Assembly (NCBI GenBank): GCA_017620915.1
Contig: JAFZSK010000014.1
Span: 2,712-66,711 of the forward strand
DNA: 64,000 bases
Origin: Clostridia bacterium
GTDB lineage: Bacteria > Bacillota > Clostridia > UBA1212 > UBA1255
Reading direction: 5' to 3'
The notes beneath the pieces were generated by a model that saw nothing but the letters and a program-made list of their open reading frames with translations, did not search any database and was not told the origin of the DNA. Positions 17,452-26,714 of this stretch are shown one piece after another (within the stretch, counting starts at the first letter, position 1; every line of letters begins with the position of its first letter). The position numbers were made by a program, and so were the translations under genes.

Positions 17452-18270
17452 ATGGGAAAAAACTGGATAATACTCGGGGTAGTGCTGGTTGCCGTCGTTG
17501 TCGTCGTGGCGGTCACCGCGGTCATTATAATTGACCGGAAAAACAGCAAAGCCAAAACCGAAGACGCGGCCTTCGAGCCGGGCGGTAAATCGTTTGTCTG
17601 GGAAAAAGACGGCTTCGGCGGCGACTTCGTAATAACGCTGAATGAAGACAGCACGTATACGTATTACGAAGGCGGGCTCAGCAGCTATATCGGCACGGGC
17701 GCGTGGACGGTCAATGACGGGATATTGACCCTGACCGAAGCGACCGGTTATCAAAAAATATTTAATTTCAATGTTAAAACAAACGAACTGGTTTATATTG
17801 CCGACGGCTCGGATCGGTTCCTGTATGTCAATGTTGAGGACGGTGACAGATTCATCATGAGAAAAGATGCTAAAATCGAATTGCCCCCGGAAGCGGTAAA
17901 GCCCACCTGCGTGCTGGTGGTGGAAGCCGGCGGCAAATGCTTTTATGCGAACCTGGATGACAATCCCTCCGCAAAAGCCCTGATCGAAAAGCTTAACTCC
18001 GGCGGGATCACCGTAGAGATGCACGACTACGGCAATTTCGAAAAAGTCGGTGCGCTGCCGTGGGAACTGCCCCGCAGCGACACGCAGATCACGACCCGAC
18101 CGGGGGATATCATTCTTTATCAGGGCAACCAGATCACGCTCTACTACGATGAAAACACCTGGAATTTCACCCGGCTCGCCAATATCGGCAACGTAACGAA
18201 GGAAGCGCTGCTCTCCGTCCTCGGCGAGGGCGATGTCTCGGTCCGGTTTTCGCTCGAATGGGGGGAATGA
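17452..18270 (+). CDS. Membrane-anchored protein with C-terminal cyclophilin-like (DUF3830-type) domain
   Basis: N-terminal TM helix (WIILGVVLVAVVVVVAV). C-terminal VEAGGKCFYANLDDNPSAKALIEKLNSGGITVEMHDYGNFEKVGALPWELPRSD...GDIILYQGNQITLYYD, a typical cyclophilin-like-fold domain. Confidence 0.7.
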   Translation: MGKNWIILGVVLVAVVVVVAVTAVIIIDRKNSKAKTEDAAFEPGGKSFVWEKDGFGGDFVITLNEDSTYTYYEGGLSSYIGTGAWTVNDGILTLTEATGYQKIFNFNVKTNELVYIADGSDRFLYVNVEDGDRFIMRKDAKIELPPEAVKPTCVLVVEAGGKCFYANLDDNPSAKALIEKLNSGGITVEMHDYGNFEKVGALPWELPRSDTQITTRPGDIILYQGNQITLYYDENTWNFTRLANIGNVTKEALLSVLGEGDVSVRFSLEWGE

Positions 18271-18436
18271 CAAGGGCATTTTGATTCCGTCGAGCTGACG
18301 ATAAATAATTAGTACAGGATAATCCTATCGTACAAAAATGCGGATTCCGCATTTTTGGCTAATAAGACCTGCTGGTGGAAGAGTGAACTATGGTGAACCG
18401 AAGGGACATTTAAAAAAGGAAAGGAGCTGCCTCAAA

Positions 18437-19348
18437 ATGATACTTTCAATTTTAATAATAGCAATTTATGCGGCACTGCATGTCGTCCTGTTTATGTTCA
18501 TCGCGAAAGACATCCGGCTCATTGAAACCAATTACAGCCGCGCTGCCGGCTATGGAATGCGGCGCATGAAAATAATTTTGCTCGTATTGTCGCTGCTCCT
18601 GGTGCCGTTAACAATTGCGATTGGAGTGTTTCTGACCGCGGCTCCCATATTCGATCCGGGTGTATCGAGCGTTATCGCCATCGTTGTTCTGATCCTCGCG
18701 TGTGCGCTTACGGAGACAATACTCCTGAACCGCGGCGAAGAAAAACACCGTGTGCTTCCCTGGGCGCTGGCGGCGGTAAATCTGATTTCCGCTCTGCTGC
18801 TCTGGCTGACCTTGCTTGCGCTTCTAAGATTCAGCAATGGATTATCGGATTGGCTGTACAGTTATTACTATACGCCGCCTTATGATCCGTGGAAGATGAT
18901 CGACATTGTCCCGTTTGTCGCTTTGATGATCACTGCGCTGCAGCTGGTGCTCATGGCAAAACAACTGTTTTATGCGCTGCGTTTTCGGGTGGGAGCAAGT
19001 GTGATCCCCATGCATCTTGCGGTGATCGGTGCGAATCTGATTTCCTGCGGTATCGCTATGGTATTGCCCCGCGTGATCCCCGACCCTGAAGTGTACGCAA
19101 ACGTTAGTATTGCGGTCCTGATCCTCTTGAACTTAGGCGCCATTGCCGCCTCGATAGTTATTTATCTGCGTGATGACTACAGGATCAGGTTTTCCAAATA
19201 TCCGCCGCAGCCGAAGGAGTTGAGGCCCGGCGGCGTCGGAGCGATCTCCGACGGGCAGGCGATCTCGGAGCTGCCGATAGGCATTGACGGAGGGCTCGAC
19301 GGAGTGAGCGGCATCAGCGGCGATATGATAGTTACAACAAAAAAGTAG
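18437..19348 (+). CDS. Polytopic integral membrane protein, unknown function
   Basis: Multiple hydrophobic helices. AAAGGAG RBS before the ATG at 18437. Translationally coupled to the downstream GH3 gene. Confidence 0.6.
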   Translation: MILSILIIAIYAALHVVLFMFIAKDIRLIETNYSRAAGYGMRRMKIILLVLSLLLVPLTIAIGVFLTAAPIFDPGVSSVIAIVVLILACALTETILLNRGEEKHRVLPWALAAVNLISALLLWLTLLALLRFSNGLSDWLYSYYYTPPYDPWKMIDIVPFVALMITALQLVLMAKQLFYALRFRVGASVIPMHLAVIGANLISCGIAMVLPRVIPDPEVYANVSIAVLILLNLGAIAASIVIYLRDDYRIRFSKYPPQPKELRPGGVGAISDGQAISELPIGIDGGLDGVSGISGDMIVTTKK

Positions 19349-19351
19349 GTG

Positions 19352-21709
19352 ATGACATTGTCCGGATCGATCAGTAAGCTCGGGAGCGGGATACAGAAGA
19401 TCGTTGACAAATTCATGGGCTGCGGCCTGTCGCAGGAAGAGACGCGCGCCGAAGGGGAGCGATACGTCACGCCCGGAATCGGCGAAGTGGCCCGTAGAGT
19501 GGCGGCGGAGAGCGTTGTCCTCCTCAAAAACGACGGCATGCTGCCGCTCTCGAAGGAGAAGCCGGTGGCGGTGTTCGGGCGTTGTCAGTTCGACTGGTTT
19601 TACGTGGGATACGGCAGCGGCGGCAACGTCCACGCGCCCTATTATGTGAATCTGATGAAGGGGCTGGACAACGCGGGCGCGGCATACGACCGCGAACTGG
19701 CGGCGGAGTACCGCAGCTGGACAGAGAGTCCGAAATACAAGGCGAACCACGGCTGGTGGGGGCACTGGCCGTTCAGCCATCCGGAGATGGAAATCACGGA
19801 CGAGACGCTTAGGCGGGCGGCGGACAATACGGACACCGCACTGGTGGTCATCGGCCGCGCGGCCGGCGAGGATCGGGACAACCGCCTTATTCAGGGCAGC
19901 TACTATCTGACCGACGCGGAGCTCCGGCTGCTGGACCAGGTCACCGAGGCGTTTGCGCATGTTGCCGTCGTGCTCAACACCGGCAGCATCATCGATATGG
20001 CGTGGACGGAGCGGTACGGGAATAGATTGTCCGCGATCCTGATCGCGTGGCTGGGCGGCATGGAGAGCGGCAACGCGGTGGCCGACGTCCTGTACGGCGC
20101 CGTCGATCCATGCGGGAAGCTGCCGGACACCATCGCGCGGCGATACGAGGATTATCCGTCGGCGGCGAATTTCGGGGGCAAAAAGTTCAACGAATACCGC
20201 GAAGACGTGTTCGTGGGCTACCGGTATTTTGACGAGCATCCGGACCGGGTGCTGTGGCCGTTCGGGTTCGGATTGAGCTACGCGCAGTACGAGTTCGGGG
20301 CGCCGGAGGACAGCGTGCGCCTGCCGGAAGCGGACAACGCGCCGCTGCGGCTGCGCGCGGAAATTACAGTGAAGAATCTTGGCTTTTGTACAGGGGGACA
20401 GACCCCGTGTTCAAAAAGCCGGACGTCGGTGGCGCTGTATTGCCGCCGGCCGGAGGGCAATATCCGCAAGCCGCGCCGGGTGCTGGTCGCCTTCGCGATG
20501 ACGCAGGAACTGGCGCCGGGAGAGGCGGAGCGCGTGGTGCTGGAGGCGGATGCGAAGAGCATTGCCACCTTCGACGCAGACCGGAACGCGTTCGTGCTGG
20601 AAGCGGGTCAATACGAGTTTTACGCGGAATCCACCCCGATCGGCGGTTTTTCGACGGAGTTCCGCGTGCTGGAGCAGTGCACTGAGATTTGCACCTCGAG
20701 CGTCGCACTGCGCGAGCGTATCCTGTCTGATTTGAACAAGGGGACAGACCCCGTGTCAAAAGAAAGCGTGTCAGCTCACGCGGCGGAGATCTTAGACCGG
20801 CTCACGGACGCGGATATGGCGGCGTTGACCCGCGGCCACGGAATGATGAACTCCCCGCTGGGCACGAAGGGCAACGCCGGCGTTCTCGGCGGCATCACGC
20901 CGGCGCTCCGGGAAGCGGGTATTCCGCCCATTGTCACCTCCGACGGCCCCGCGGGCCTCAGGCTCGCCGCGTATTGTACGCTCTTGCCGTGCGGGACCGC
21001 CATTGCCGCCTGCCGGGACACGGCGCTGGCAGAGCAATTGTTCGCGCTGGTGGGGAATGAAATGGGGCACTACGGCATTGACATCTTCCTCGGCCCCGGC
21101 ATGAACCTGCACCGCAACCCGCTCTGCGGCCGGAATTTCGAGTATTTCGCGGAAGACCCCGTGGTCACCGGAACCATGGCGACGGCGGTGGTGCGCGGCA
21201 TACAGTCCGCGGGCAAAGCGGCCTGCCCGAAGCATTTCGCGTGCAACAACCAGGAGTTCAAGCGCAACACCAACGACTCGCGGCTGTCAACACGCGCCCT
21301 GCGCGAACTCTATCTCCGCGGCTTCGAGATCTGCGTAAAGACCGCAGCGCCCCTCGTGCTGATGACCTCGTACAACAAGGTCAACGGCGTCTGGGCCCAC
21401 TACAATTACGACCTGGCCACCGCGGTGCTGCGGGGCGAGTGGGGATTCGAGGGCCTGGTGATCACCGACTGGTGGATGCAGCGGTCAAAAAGCCCCGAAT
21501 TTCCGCGCCTCCGGGACAATGCGTACCGCGTCCGCGCGGGTGTTGACGTCCTGATGCCGGGCAACCTCGGCAAATCTGCCCACAAATACGTCCCCGACCG
21601 CTCGCTGACGAAGCGCCTCGACACGCCCGGCGGGCTTACGCGCGCCGAACTGCGCCGGACCGCGGCACGGGTGATAAGGCTGGGGGAGAAAATTAAAAGT
21701 GATAAGTGA
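19352..21709 (+). CDS. Glycoside hydrolase family 3 beta-glucosidase-like enzyme (domain order permuted; carries two in-frame palindromic element insertions)
   Basis: GH3 catalytic-domain motifs (KHFACNNQE..R, SYNKVNGVWAHYNYDL, GFEGLVITDWW) lie in the C-terminal half. The GH3 C-terminal alpha/beta domain lies in the N-terminal half. Confidence 0.8.
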   Translation: MTLSGSISKLGSGIQKIVDKFMGCGLSQEETRAEGERYVTPGIGEVARRVAAESVVLLKNDGMLPLSKEKPVAVFGRCQFDWFYVGYGSGGNVHAPYYVNLMKGLDNAGAAYDRELAAEYRSWTESPKYKANHGWWGHWPFSHPEMEITDETLRRAADNTDTALVVIGRAAGEDRDNRLIQGSYYLTDAELRLLDQVTEAFAHVAVVLNTGSIIDMAWTERYGNRLSAILIAWLGGMESGNAVADVLYGAVDPCGKLPDTIARRYEDYPSAANFGGKKFNEYREDVFVGYRYFDEHPDRVLWPFGFGLSYAQYEFGAPEDSVRLPEADNAPLRLRAEITVKNLGFCTGGQTPCSKSRTSVALYCRRPEGNIRKPRRVLVAFAMTQELAPGEAERVVLEADAKSIATFDADRNAFVLEAGQYEFYAESTPIGGFSTEFRVLEQCTEICTSSVALRERILSDLNKGTDPVSKESVSAHAAEILDRLTDADMAALTRGHGMMNSPLGTKGNAGVLGGITPALREAGIPPIVTSDGPAGLRLAAYCTLLPCGTAIAACRDTALAEQLFALVGNEMGHYGIDIFLGPGMNLHRNPLCGRNFEYFAEDPVVTGTMATAVVRGIQSAGKAACPKHFACNNQEFKRNTNDSRLSTRALRELYLRGFEICVKTAAPLVLMTSYNKVNGVWAHYNYDLATAVLRGEWGFEGLVITDWWMQRSKSPEFPRLRDNAYRVRAGVDVLMPGNLGKSAHKYVPDRSLTKRLDTPGGLTRAELRRTAARVIRLGEKIKSDK
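20384..20417. mobile_element. In-frame palindromic element copy (TTTTGTACAGGGGGACAGACCCCGTGTTCAAAAA) inside the GH3 gene
   Basis: Imperfect palindrome. It encodes the extra peptide FCTGGQTPCSKS within a GH3 beta-sandwich region. It has TGT where the consensus TGA would create an in-frame stop. Confidence 0.7.
20731..20762. mobile_element. Second in-frame palindromic element copy (TTTGAACAAGGGGACAGACCCCGTGTCAAAAG) inside the GH3 gene, in a different reading frame
   Basis: Encodes LNKGTDPVSKE. Same core, GGGGACAGACCCC. Confidence 0.7.
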
Positions 21710-21865
21710 TAAGTTATAAGTGATAAGTGATAAGGGAGGGACTTCCAACTTCTAACTTGAAACTTAAAACTTAAAACTTGAAACTTTACATTCTTCCGTG
21801 ACTGGGATATAATGCACATATGCAGCGAGCGCAAAACGCGCTCCGTAAAAAGGAGGAACGAAATC

Positions 21866-22255
21866 ATGGCAGACGTAAACGAAACCCTCAATAAACTCAA
21901 CGACACGAAAGATTTCACCGAAGAGTACGAGCAGGAAGATATCCAGAACAATAAAGTGATGGGTATCCTGGCGTATCTCGGCATTCTGGTGCTGATCCCG
22001 ATCTTCGCGGCGAAGGATTCCAAATTCGCGCGCTTCCATGCGAACCAGGGCCTTGTGCTGGCGATCGCCGGTATTGCACTCAGTATCATCGGCGGCGTGC
22101 TGAGCTGGATCCCGATCGTCAACATCATTGCCGGCATCGTATGCGGCCTTGCCGGTCTGGTGCTCTTTATTCTTATGATCCTGGGCATCGTCAACGTGGT
22201 CAACGGCCGCGCCAAAGAGCTTCCCATCGTGGGCAAGATCCGCATCCTGAAGTAA
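21866..22255 (+). CDS. DUF4870-family small membrane protein
   Basis: MADVNETLNKL... then ILAYLGILVLIPIFAAKDSKFARFHANQGLVLAI..., the characteristic DUF4870 motif. AAAGGAGG RBS. Confidence 0.75.
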   Translation: MADVNETLNKLNDTKDFTEEYEQEDIQNNKVMGILAYLGILVLIPIFAAKDSKFARFHANQGLVLAIAGIALSIIGGVLSWIPIVNIIAGIVCGLAGLVLFILMILGIVNVVNGRAKELPIVGKIRILK

Positions 22256-22300
22256 GACAGCGGGCGGCTTGTCACCGCCGGCAACACTGAAAAGCGCATT

Positions 22301-22352
22301 TGGAGCTGTTCAAAAACCTTGCCTGCTCTTGCGAGGCGGATGAACAGCTCCA
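22301..22352. terminator. Hairpin TGGAGCTGTTCA...TGAACAGCTCCA (12-bp stem, long loop) after the DUF4870 gene
   Basis: Read directly. It shares the GCTGTTCAAAAACCTGCC motif with the terminator at 45376. Confidence 0.4.
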
Positions 22353-22463
22353 TCTTATAACGGCTGTTAAAACAGGGACGGTGTTCAGGCAGCCTTTTCT
22401 TTTTGTTTTTTCCGTGGTTATATAGTGAAAAGGCAGTTGGGAATACTTCCGGCGCCATGGGTG

Positions 22464-22775
22464 GTATCCCTAATTTAGAAATATGAAAAACGGGATACCG
22501 CCAGCGCTCCGAACGGTATCCCTAATTTAGGTATATGTAAAATTAGGATACCGCCAACGCTCCGAGTGGTATCCCTAATTTATGGATATGGAAAAACGGG
22601 ATGCCGCCAGCGCTCCGAGCGTTATCCCTGATTTCGGTATATGAAAAATCGGGATACCGCCAGCGCTCCGAGTGGTATCCCTAATTTAGAGATATGGAAA
22701 AACGGGATACCGCCAATGCTCCGAGCGGTATCCCTGATTTAGAAATATGGAAAATCGGGATACCGTCAATGGATT
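22464..22775. repeat. Tandem palindromic repeat family C: 6 copies of about 52 bp (GGTATCCCTAATTTAGAAATATGGAAAAACGGGATACCGCCAGCGCTCCGAGC)
   Basis: Arms GGTATCCC / GGGATACC separated by about 21 nt. Six copies are phased 51-53 bp apart upstream of the GH2 gene. Confidence 0.9.
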
Positions 22776-22864
22776 CCAACAGGCTCCGGCGGGCTCCGGC
22801 GGATCCCGGGGAAGCGCGGCAGCGGCTTAGGCAGCGTCCGGCAGCGCCCGGATTCATTTTGTTG

Positions 22865-22893
22865 TCGACAATTTACCGCATAAATGGTAGAAT
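22865..22893 (+). promoter_or_regulatory. Putative sigma-A promoter (TCGACA-N17-TGgTAGAAT) for the GH2 gene
   Basis: TCGACA at 22865-22870 and extended -10 TGGTAGAAT at 22885-22893, about 95 nt upstream of the start codon. Confidence 0.4.
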
Positions 22894-22990
22894 TACCCCA
22901 AAGACCGCGGCCGAAGAGGCCGAAGAGACGGAAGAGACTGCAGAAGCAGGAGCTGCGCAGCCGCAGCAAACACGAAAGGACTCAGATACT

Positions 22991-24745
22991 ATGGTGCGAA
23001 GCGAATATCCCAGACCGCAGCTCCGGCGCAGCGATGACAGCTGGGTCAATCTGAACGGTAAGTGGGAGTTTGAAATTGACCACGGAAACAGCGGGGTGTC
23101 GCGCGGGATGTTCCGGGCGGATGCGAAATACAGCCGGGAGATCTTTGTCCCGTTCTGCCCGGAGAGCAAATTGTCCGGCATTGAGAATAAAGACTTCATG
23201 CGCTGTGTATGGTACCGGCGGCAATGTACGCTAAAGCCCGACTGGGACACGGCGAAAGGCCGCGTGCTGGTGCATTTCGGCGCGGTGGACTATTTCGCGC
23301 AGGTCTGGGTGGGTGATGAATACGCCGGCGGCCACAAAGGCGGCTACGCGCCGTTCCAATTGGATATAACCGACAAACTCAAAGGCGCGCGGGAGTTCCG
23401 GCTCACGGTGCGGGCGGAGGATGACGTACATTCGCCGGCGCAGCCGTCGGGCAAGCAGAGCTACGACTACTTCTCCGCGGGCTGCCACTACACGCGCACC
23501 ACGGGCATCTGGCAGACCGTGTGGCTCGAGTACGTGCCAAACTATTATATACGTCATGTGCTGTTGACGCCCGACGTGAAGAACGAAAAGCTTAACGTGC
23601 GCGTGCGGCCGGAGCGGTATCTCGCGGCGGGGTCAAAATTGACCTTCACCGTGCGCGACGGGGACAACATCCTCCGCACCCTCACTGTAGCGGCCAACTG
23701 GGGCGAGACCGAAATTGACATCCCGATGCCGGGGGCAACGCTCTGGGAGCCCGGAAAGCCGTACCTGTACGGGCTGGACGTAGTATTGACCGCGCCGAAC
23801 GAACCGGAAGACCGCGTCGAATCGTATTTCGGCATGCGCAGCGTGGAAGTGACGCCCAAATGCGTGCTGATCAACGGCAAGCCCGTGTTCCAGCGCCTGA
23901 TCCTGGATCAGGGTTTCTATCCCGACGGCATTTACACCGCGCCGGATGACAGCGAGCTCCGGGCGGATATCGAGCGGTCGATGGCAATGGGCTTCAACGG
24001 CGCCCGCCTCCACCAGAAAGTGTTCGAGCCCCGCTTCCTGTACTGGGCGGACATACTCGGCTACCTGTGCTGGGGCGAACACGCCAGCTGGGGCTTCGAC
24101 GTGTGCGATCCCGCGGTGTTCACTTCGTTCCTGAACGAATGGTGCGAGATCGTGGAGCGCGACTGCTCCAGCCCGGCGATAATCGGCTGGTGCCCGTTCA
24201 ACGAGACGCCCCGCGCCGAGGAGACGCTGGGGGCAATATACCGGCTCACTAAACGGCTGGATCCGTCGCGGCCGGTGATCGACACCAGCGGCTGGAGCCA
24301 CCATATTACACCGGACGGCAGACCGGGTACCGATGTGTACGACTTCCACGACTACGAGCAGAACGCCGCGGTGCTGGCGGAGCGGATCAGGCCGTATTCC
24401 GAGGGCAAAACGCCGCCGCACGCGCCGGTCACCGACCCGAAAGCCTGGCACCCGGACACCCCGTATTTCTGCAGCGAGTTCGGCGGCACGCGCTGGGCGG
24501 AGACGGACGCAGGCTGGGGCTACGGCGTGGGTCCGGCCAACGAGCAGGAATTCATAGACCGGTTCGGATCGCTGGTGACACTGCTATTGCAGGATCCGGA
24601 TATGTGCGCGTTCTGCTACACGCAGCTTACGGATGTGGAGCAGGAGAAGAACGGACTCTACACGTACGAGCGGCAGGCGAAGTTCCCGCCGGAGACGCTG
24701 CGGAAGTATGTGGCGGCGAAAGCGGCAATAGAATCAGGGAATTGA
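22991..24745 (+). CDS. Glycoside hydrolase family 2 protein (beta-galactosidase/beta-mannosidase-like)
   Basis: MVRSEYPRPQLRRSDDSWVNLNGKWEFEID matches the GH2 sugar-binding-domain N-terminus. This is followed by a TIM-barrel region (...FNGARLHQKV...WCPFNE...). The start was moved from the track ORF to 22991 (RBS GAAAGGA). Confidence 0.8.
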   Translation: MVRSEYPRPQLRRSDDSWVNLNGKWEFEIDHGNSGVSRGMFRADAKYSREIFVPFCPESKLSGIENKDFMRCVWYRRQCTLKPDWDTAKGRVLVHFGAVDYFAQVWVGDEYAGGHKGGYAPFQLDITDKLKGAREFRLTVRAEDDVHSPAQPSGKQSYDYFSAGCHYTRTTGIWQTVWLEYVPNYYIRHVLLTPDVKNEKLNVRVRPERYLAAGSKLTFTVRDGDNILRTLTVAANWGETEIDIPMPGATLWEPGKPYLYGLDVVLTAPNEPEDRVESYFGMRSVEVTPKCVLINGKPVFQRLILDQGFYPDGIYTAPDDSELRADIERSMAMGFNGARLHQKVFEPRFLYWADILGYLCWGEHASWGFDVCDPAVFTSFLNEWCEIVERDCSSPAIIGWCPFNETPRAEETLGAIYRLTKRLDPSRPVIDTSGWSHHITPDGRPGTDVYDFHDYEQNAAVLAERIRPYSEGKTPPHAPVTDPKAWHPDTPYFCSEFGGTRWAETDAGWGYGVGPANEQEFIDRFGSLVTLLLQDPDMCAFCYTQLTDVEQEKNGLYTYERQAKFPPETLRKYVAAKAAIESGN

Positions 24746-24763
24746 GAAATTGGAGGAATTCGG

Positions 24764-25111
24764 GTGTTGACAAGCAAGGCGAGAGCAGAACTCCGGGCGG
24801 AGGCCAACGAACTGCAGGCGATCTTTCAGATCGGCAAAGGCGGTGTGGAAGAAAACCTGATAAAGCAGGTGGACGATGCGCTGGAAGCCCGCGAACTGAT
24901 AAAAATAAAGGCGCTGGAAACGGCGCCGTTGTCCGCGAAAGAAGCGGCAGAAGCGCTGGCGGAGGCAACGGGCGCCGACGTGGTGCAGGTCGTCGGCCGC
25001 GCGATAGTGCTGTGGCGGAAATCAAATAAGTTGCAAGTTGCAAGTGATAAGTTGCAAATTAAGGGCGGCAAATTGCCGGCGGGAGGCAGAAAAAATGCAG
25101 CGAAACGCTAA
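24764..25111 (+). CDS. yhbY: YhbY/CRS1-type CRM-domain RNA-binding protein (ribosome assembly), with C-terminus extended through a low-complexity tract
   Basis: LTSKARAELRAEANELQAIFQIGKGGVEENLIKQVDDALEARELIKIK...VVQVVGRAIVLWRKS is canonical YhbY. The last about 28 aa are encoded by the AAGTTGCAAGTTGCAAGTGATAAGTTGCAAAT repeat. GTG start with GGAGGA RBS. Confidence 0.75.
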   Translation: MLTSKARAELRAEANELQAIFQIGKGGVEENLIKQVDDALEARELIKIKALETAPLSAKEAAEALAEATGADVVQVVGRAIVLWRKSNKLQVASDKLQIKGGKLPAGGRKNAAKR

Positions 25112-25964
25112 AAGCACGGCGGCGCTCCGCAAAGTGAAATACTTCCTGCTGGACATGGACGGCACTATCTACCTGGACACCACGCTGTTCGACGGTACGC
25201 TGGAATTTCTGGACATACTGAAGCAGCAGGGGCGGCGCGCGATATACATCACCAACAACTCCTCCAAAAGCGTGAAGGAGTACGTAAAAAAACTGCACAA
25301 CATCGGCATCGAGGTCCCGGCGGAAGATTTCTGCACCTCGGCGCAGGCGCTGGTGTATAATCTGGACAAGGTCAAGCCCGGCGCCCGCATCTACCTCGTA
25401 GGCACGCCGCCGCTGGCGGATTATCTGCGGGAATGCGGCTTTACGCTGCTGGATGACTACACCGATGATCCCGCACTCCGGCCGGATTACGTGGTGCTGG
25501 GTTTTGACACCACTGTCACGTACGAGAAGCTGCGGATCGCGTGCGACTACCTCACCGACGGCGTGGAGTTCTGGGCCACGCACCCCGACATGGTGTGTCC
25601 GATGCGGCCCGGTCATTCGGTGCCCGACGCCGGTGCGTTCATGCTGCTGTTTGAGGGGGCAACGGGCCGCCGTCCCTCATTTGTGGCAGGCAAACCGAAC
25701 CCGTGCATGATCCAGATGTGCATGGACAAATACGGATTGAAACCGGACGAAGTGGCGGTGGTGGGCGACCGGCTGAATACGGATATATTGTCCGCGAAAA
25801 ACGCCGGAGTGATCTCCGTGTGCGTGCTGACGGGAGAGGCAACGCTCGCGGATATTGACGCCACGCCCAAAGAGCGCAAGCCGGATTACGTGTTTGACAG
25901 CATAAAAGATATATACGAGATCTTGAAAGCGGCGCGCAGGCCGCGGGGAGGCAGACATGCATAA
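25095..25964 (+). CDS. HAD-superfamily hydrolase, subfamily IIA (NagD-like phosphatase)
   Basis: FLLDMDGTIY motif I (DxDGT). ...YITNNSSKS...GKPNP... and GDRLNTDI motif IV. GGGAGG RBS before the ATG at 25095. Confidence 0.8.
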   Translation: MQRNAKSTAALRKVKYFLLDMDGTIYLDTTLFDGTLEFLDILKQQGRRAIYITNNSSKSVKEYVKKLHNIGIEVPAEDFCTSAQALVYNLDKVKPGARIYLVGTPPLADYLRECGFTLLDDYTDDPALRPDYVVLGFDTTVTYEKLRIACDYLTDGVEFWATHPDMVCPMRPGHSVPDAGAFMLLFEGATGRRPSFVAGKPNPCMIQMCMDKYGLKPDEVAVVGDRLNTDILSAKNAGVISVCVLTGEATLADIDATPKERKPDYVFDSIKDIYEILKAARRPRGGRHA

Positions 25965-26655
25965 TCACGCATTTTCTACGATCAAAGTCACCGGCAAAGG
26001 CGTGCTCAGACTGCGCCCGGATACCACGCGGGTGAGCATCACGCTGAACGGCCGCCACAAAGATTACAGCGAGACGGTGCGCCGCAGCACGGAAGACAGC
26101 GAAAAGCTGAAGGACGTTCTGGAAAAGCTGGGCTTTAAGCGCACGGAGCTGAAGACGCTGAATTTCCGCGTTGACCCGCGCTACGAGAGCTACCGCGAGA
26201 ACGACGAATACAAACAGCGCCTGGTGGGATACGAGTTTTACCACGGCATGAAGCTGGAATTCCTTTCCGACAGCGCGCTGCTGGGCCGGGTGCTGTACGC
26301 GCTCGCCACTTCCGGACTGGATCCGGAGTTCAGCCTGAGCTACACCGTGCGCGATACCGAGGGGGCAAAGAATCAGCTCCTCAGCGCGGCGGTGGCGGAC
26401 GCCCGGGCGAAGGCGGAGGTGCTGTGCGCGGCGGCGGGCAATACGCTGGGCGACGTCCTGCACATCAACTACTCCATGGACGAACCGGATTTCGTGGTGC
26501 GGCCAATGGCGAAAGCGATGCTGCGCTCCGATATGGCGGCCAACGGCGCCGCGGAATCTTTTGACATGGACATCGAACCGGACAACATCGAAGTCAGCGA
26601 CACGGTGACGCTCGTCTGGACTACATGGAAAAACCGGGACGGCGAAATATATTGA
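25957..26655 (+). CDS. SIMPL-domain protein (DUF541; 26 kDa periplasmic immunogenic protein family)
   Basis: 232 aa. IKVTGKGVLRLRPDTTRVSITL...KDYSE architecture typical of SIMPL/YggE proteins. Confidence 0.7.
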   Translation: MHNHAFSTIKVTGKGVLRLRPDTTRVSITLNGRHKDYSETVRRSTEDSEKLKDVLEKLGFKRTELKTLNFRVDPRYESYRENDEYKQRLVGYEFYHGMKLEFLSDSALLGRVLYALATSGLDPEFSLSYTVRDTEGAKNQLLSAAVADARAKAEVLCAAAGNTLGDVLHINYSMDEPDFVVRPMAKAMLRSDMAANGAAESFDMDIEPDNIEVSDTVTLVWTTWKNRDGEIY

Positions 26656-26714
26656 CCGGAACGGCGGGAAACGCGAATTGACCGCCTGTAAGATATAAAG
26701 GAGGAAACGTTGAA

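Noticed and set aside
17146-18279. 377-aa minus-strand ORF and the 16564..17085 plus-strand ORF
   Set aside because: The first is antisense to the cyclophilin-like protein gene, which has a TM segment, an RBS and a recognisable fold signature. The second spans the AT-rich MITE-like region with low-complexity translation.
21406-22458. 350-aa minus-strand ORF spanning the GH3 3' end, low-complexity tract and DUF4870 gene
   Set aside because: It crosses a terminator and intergenic region and is antisense to two supported genes. It is an artefact.
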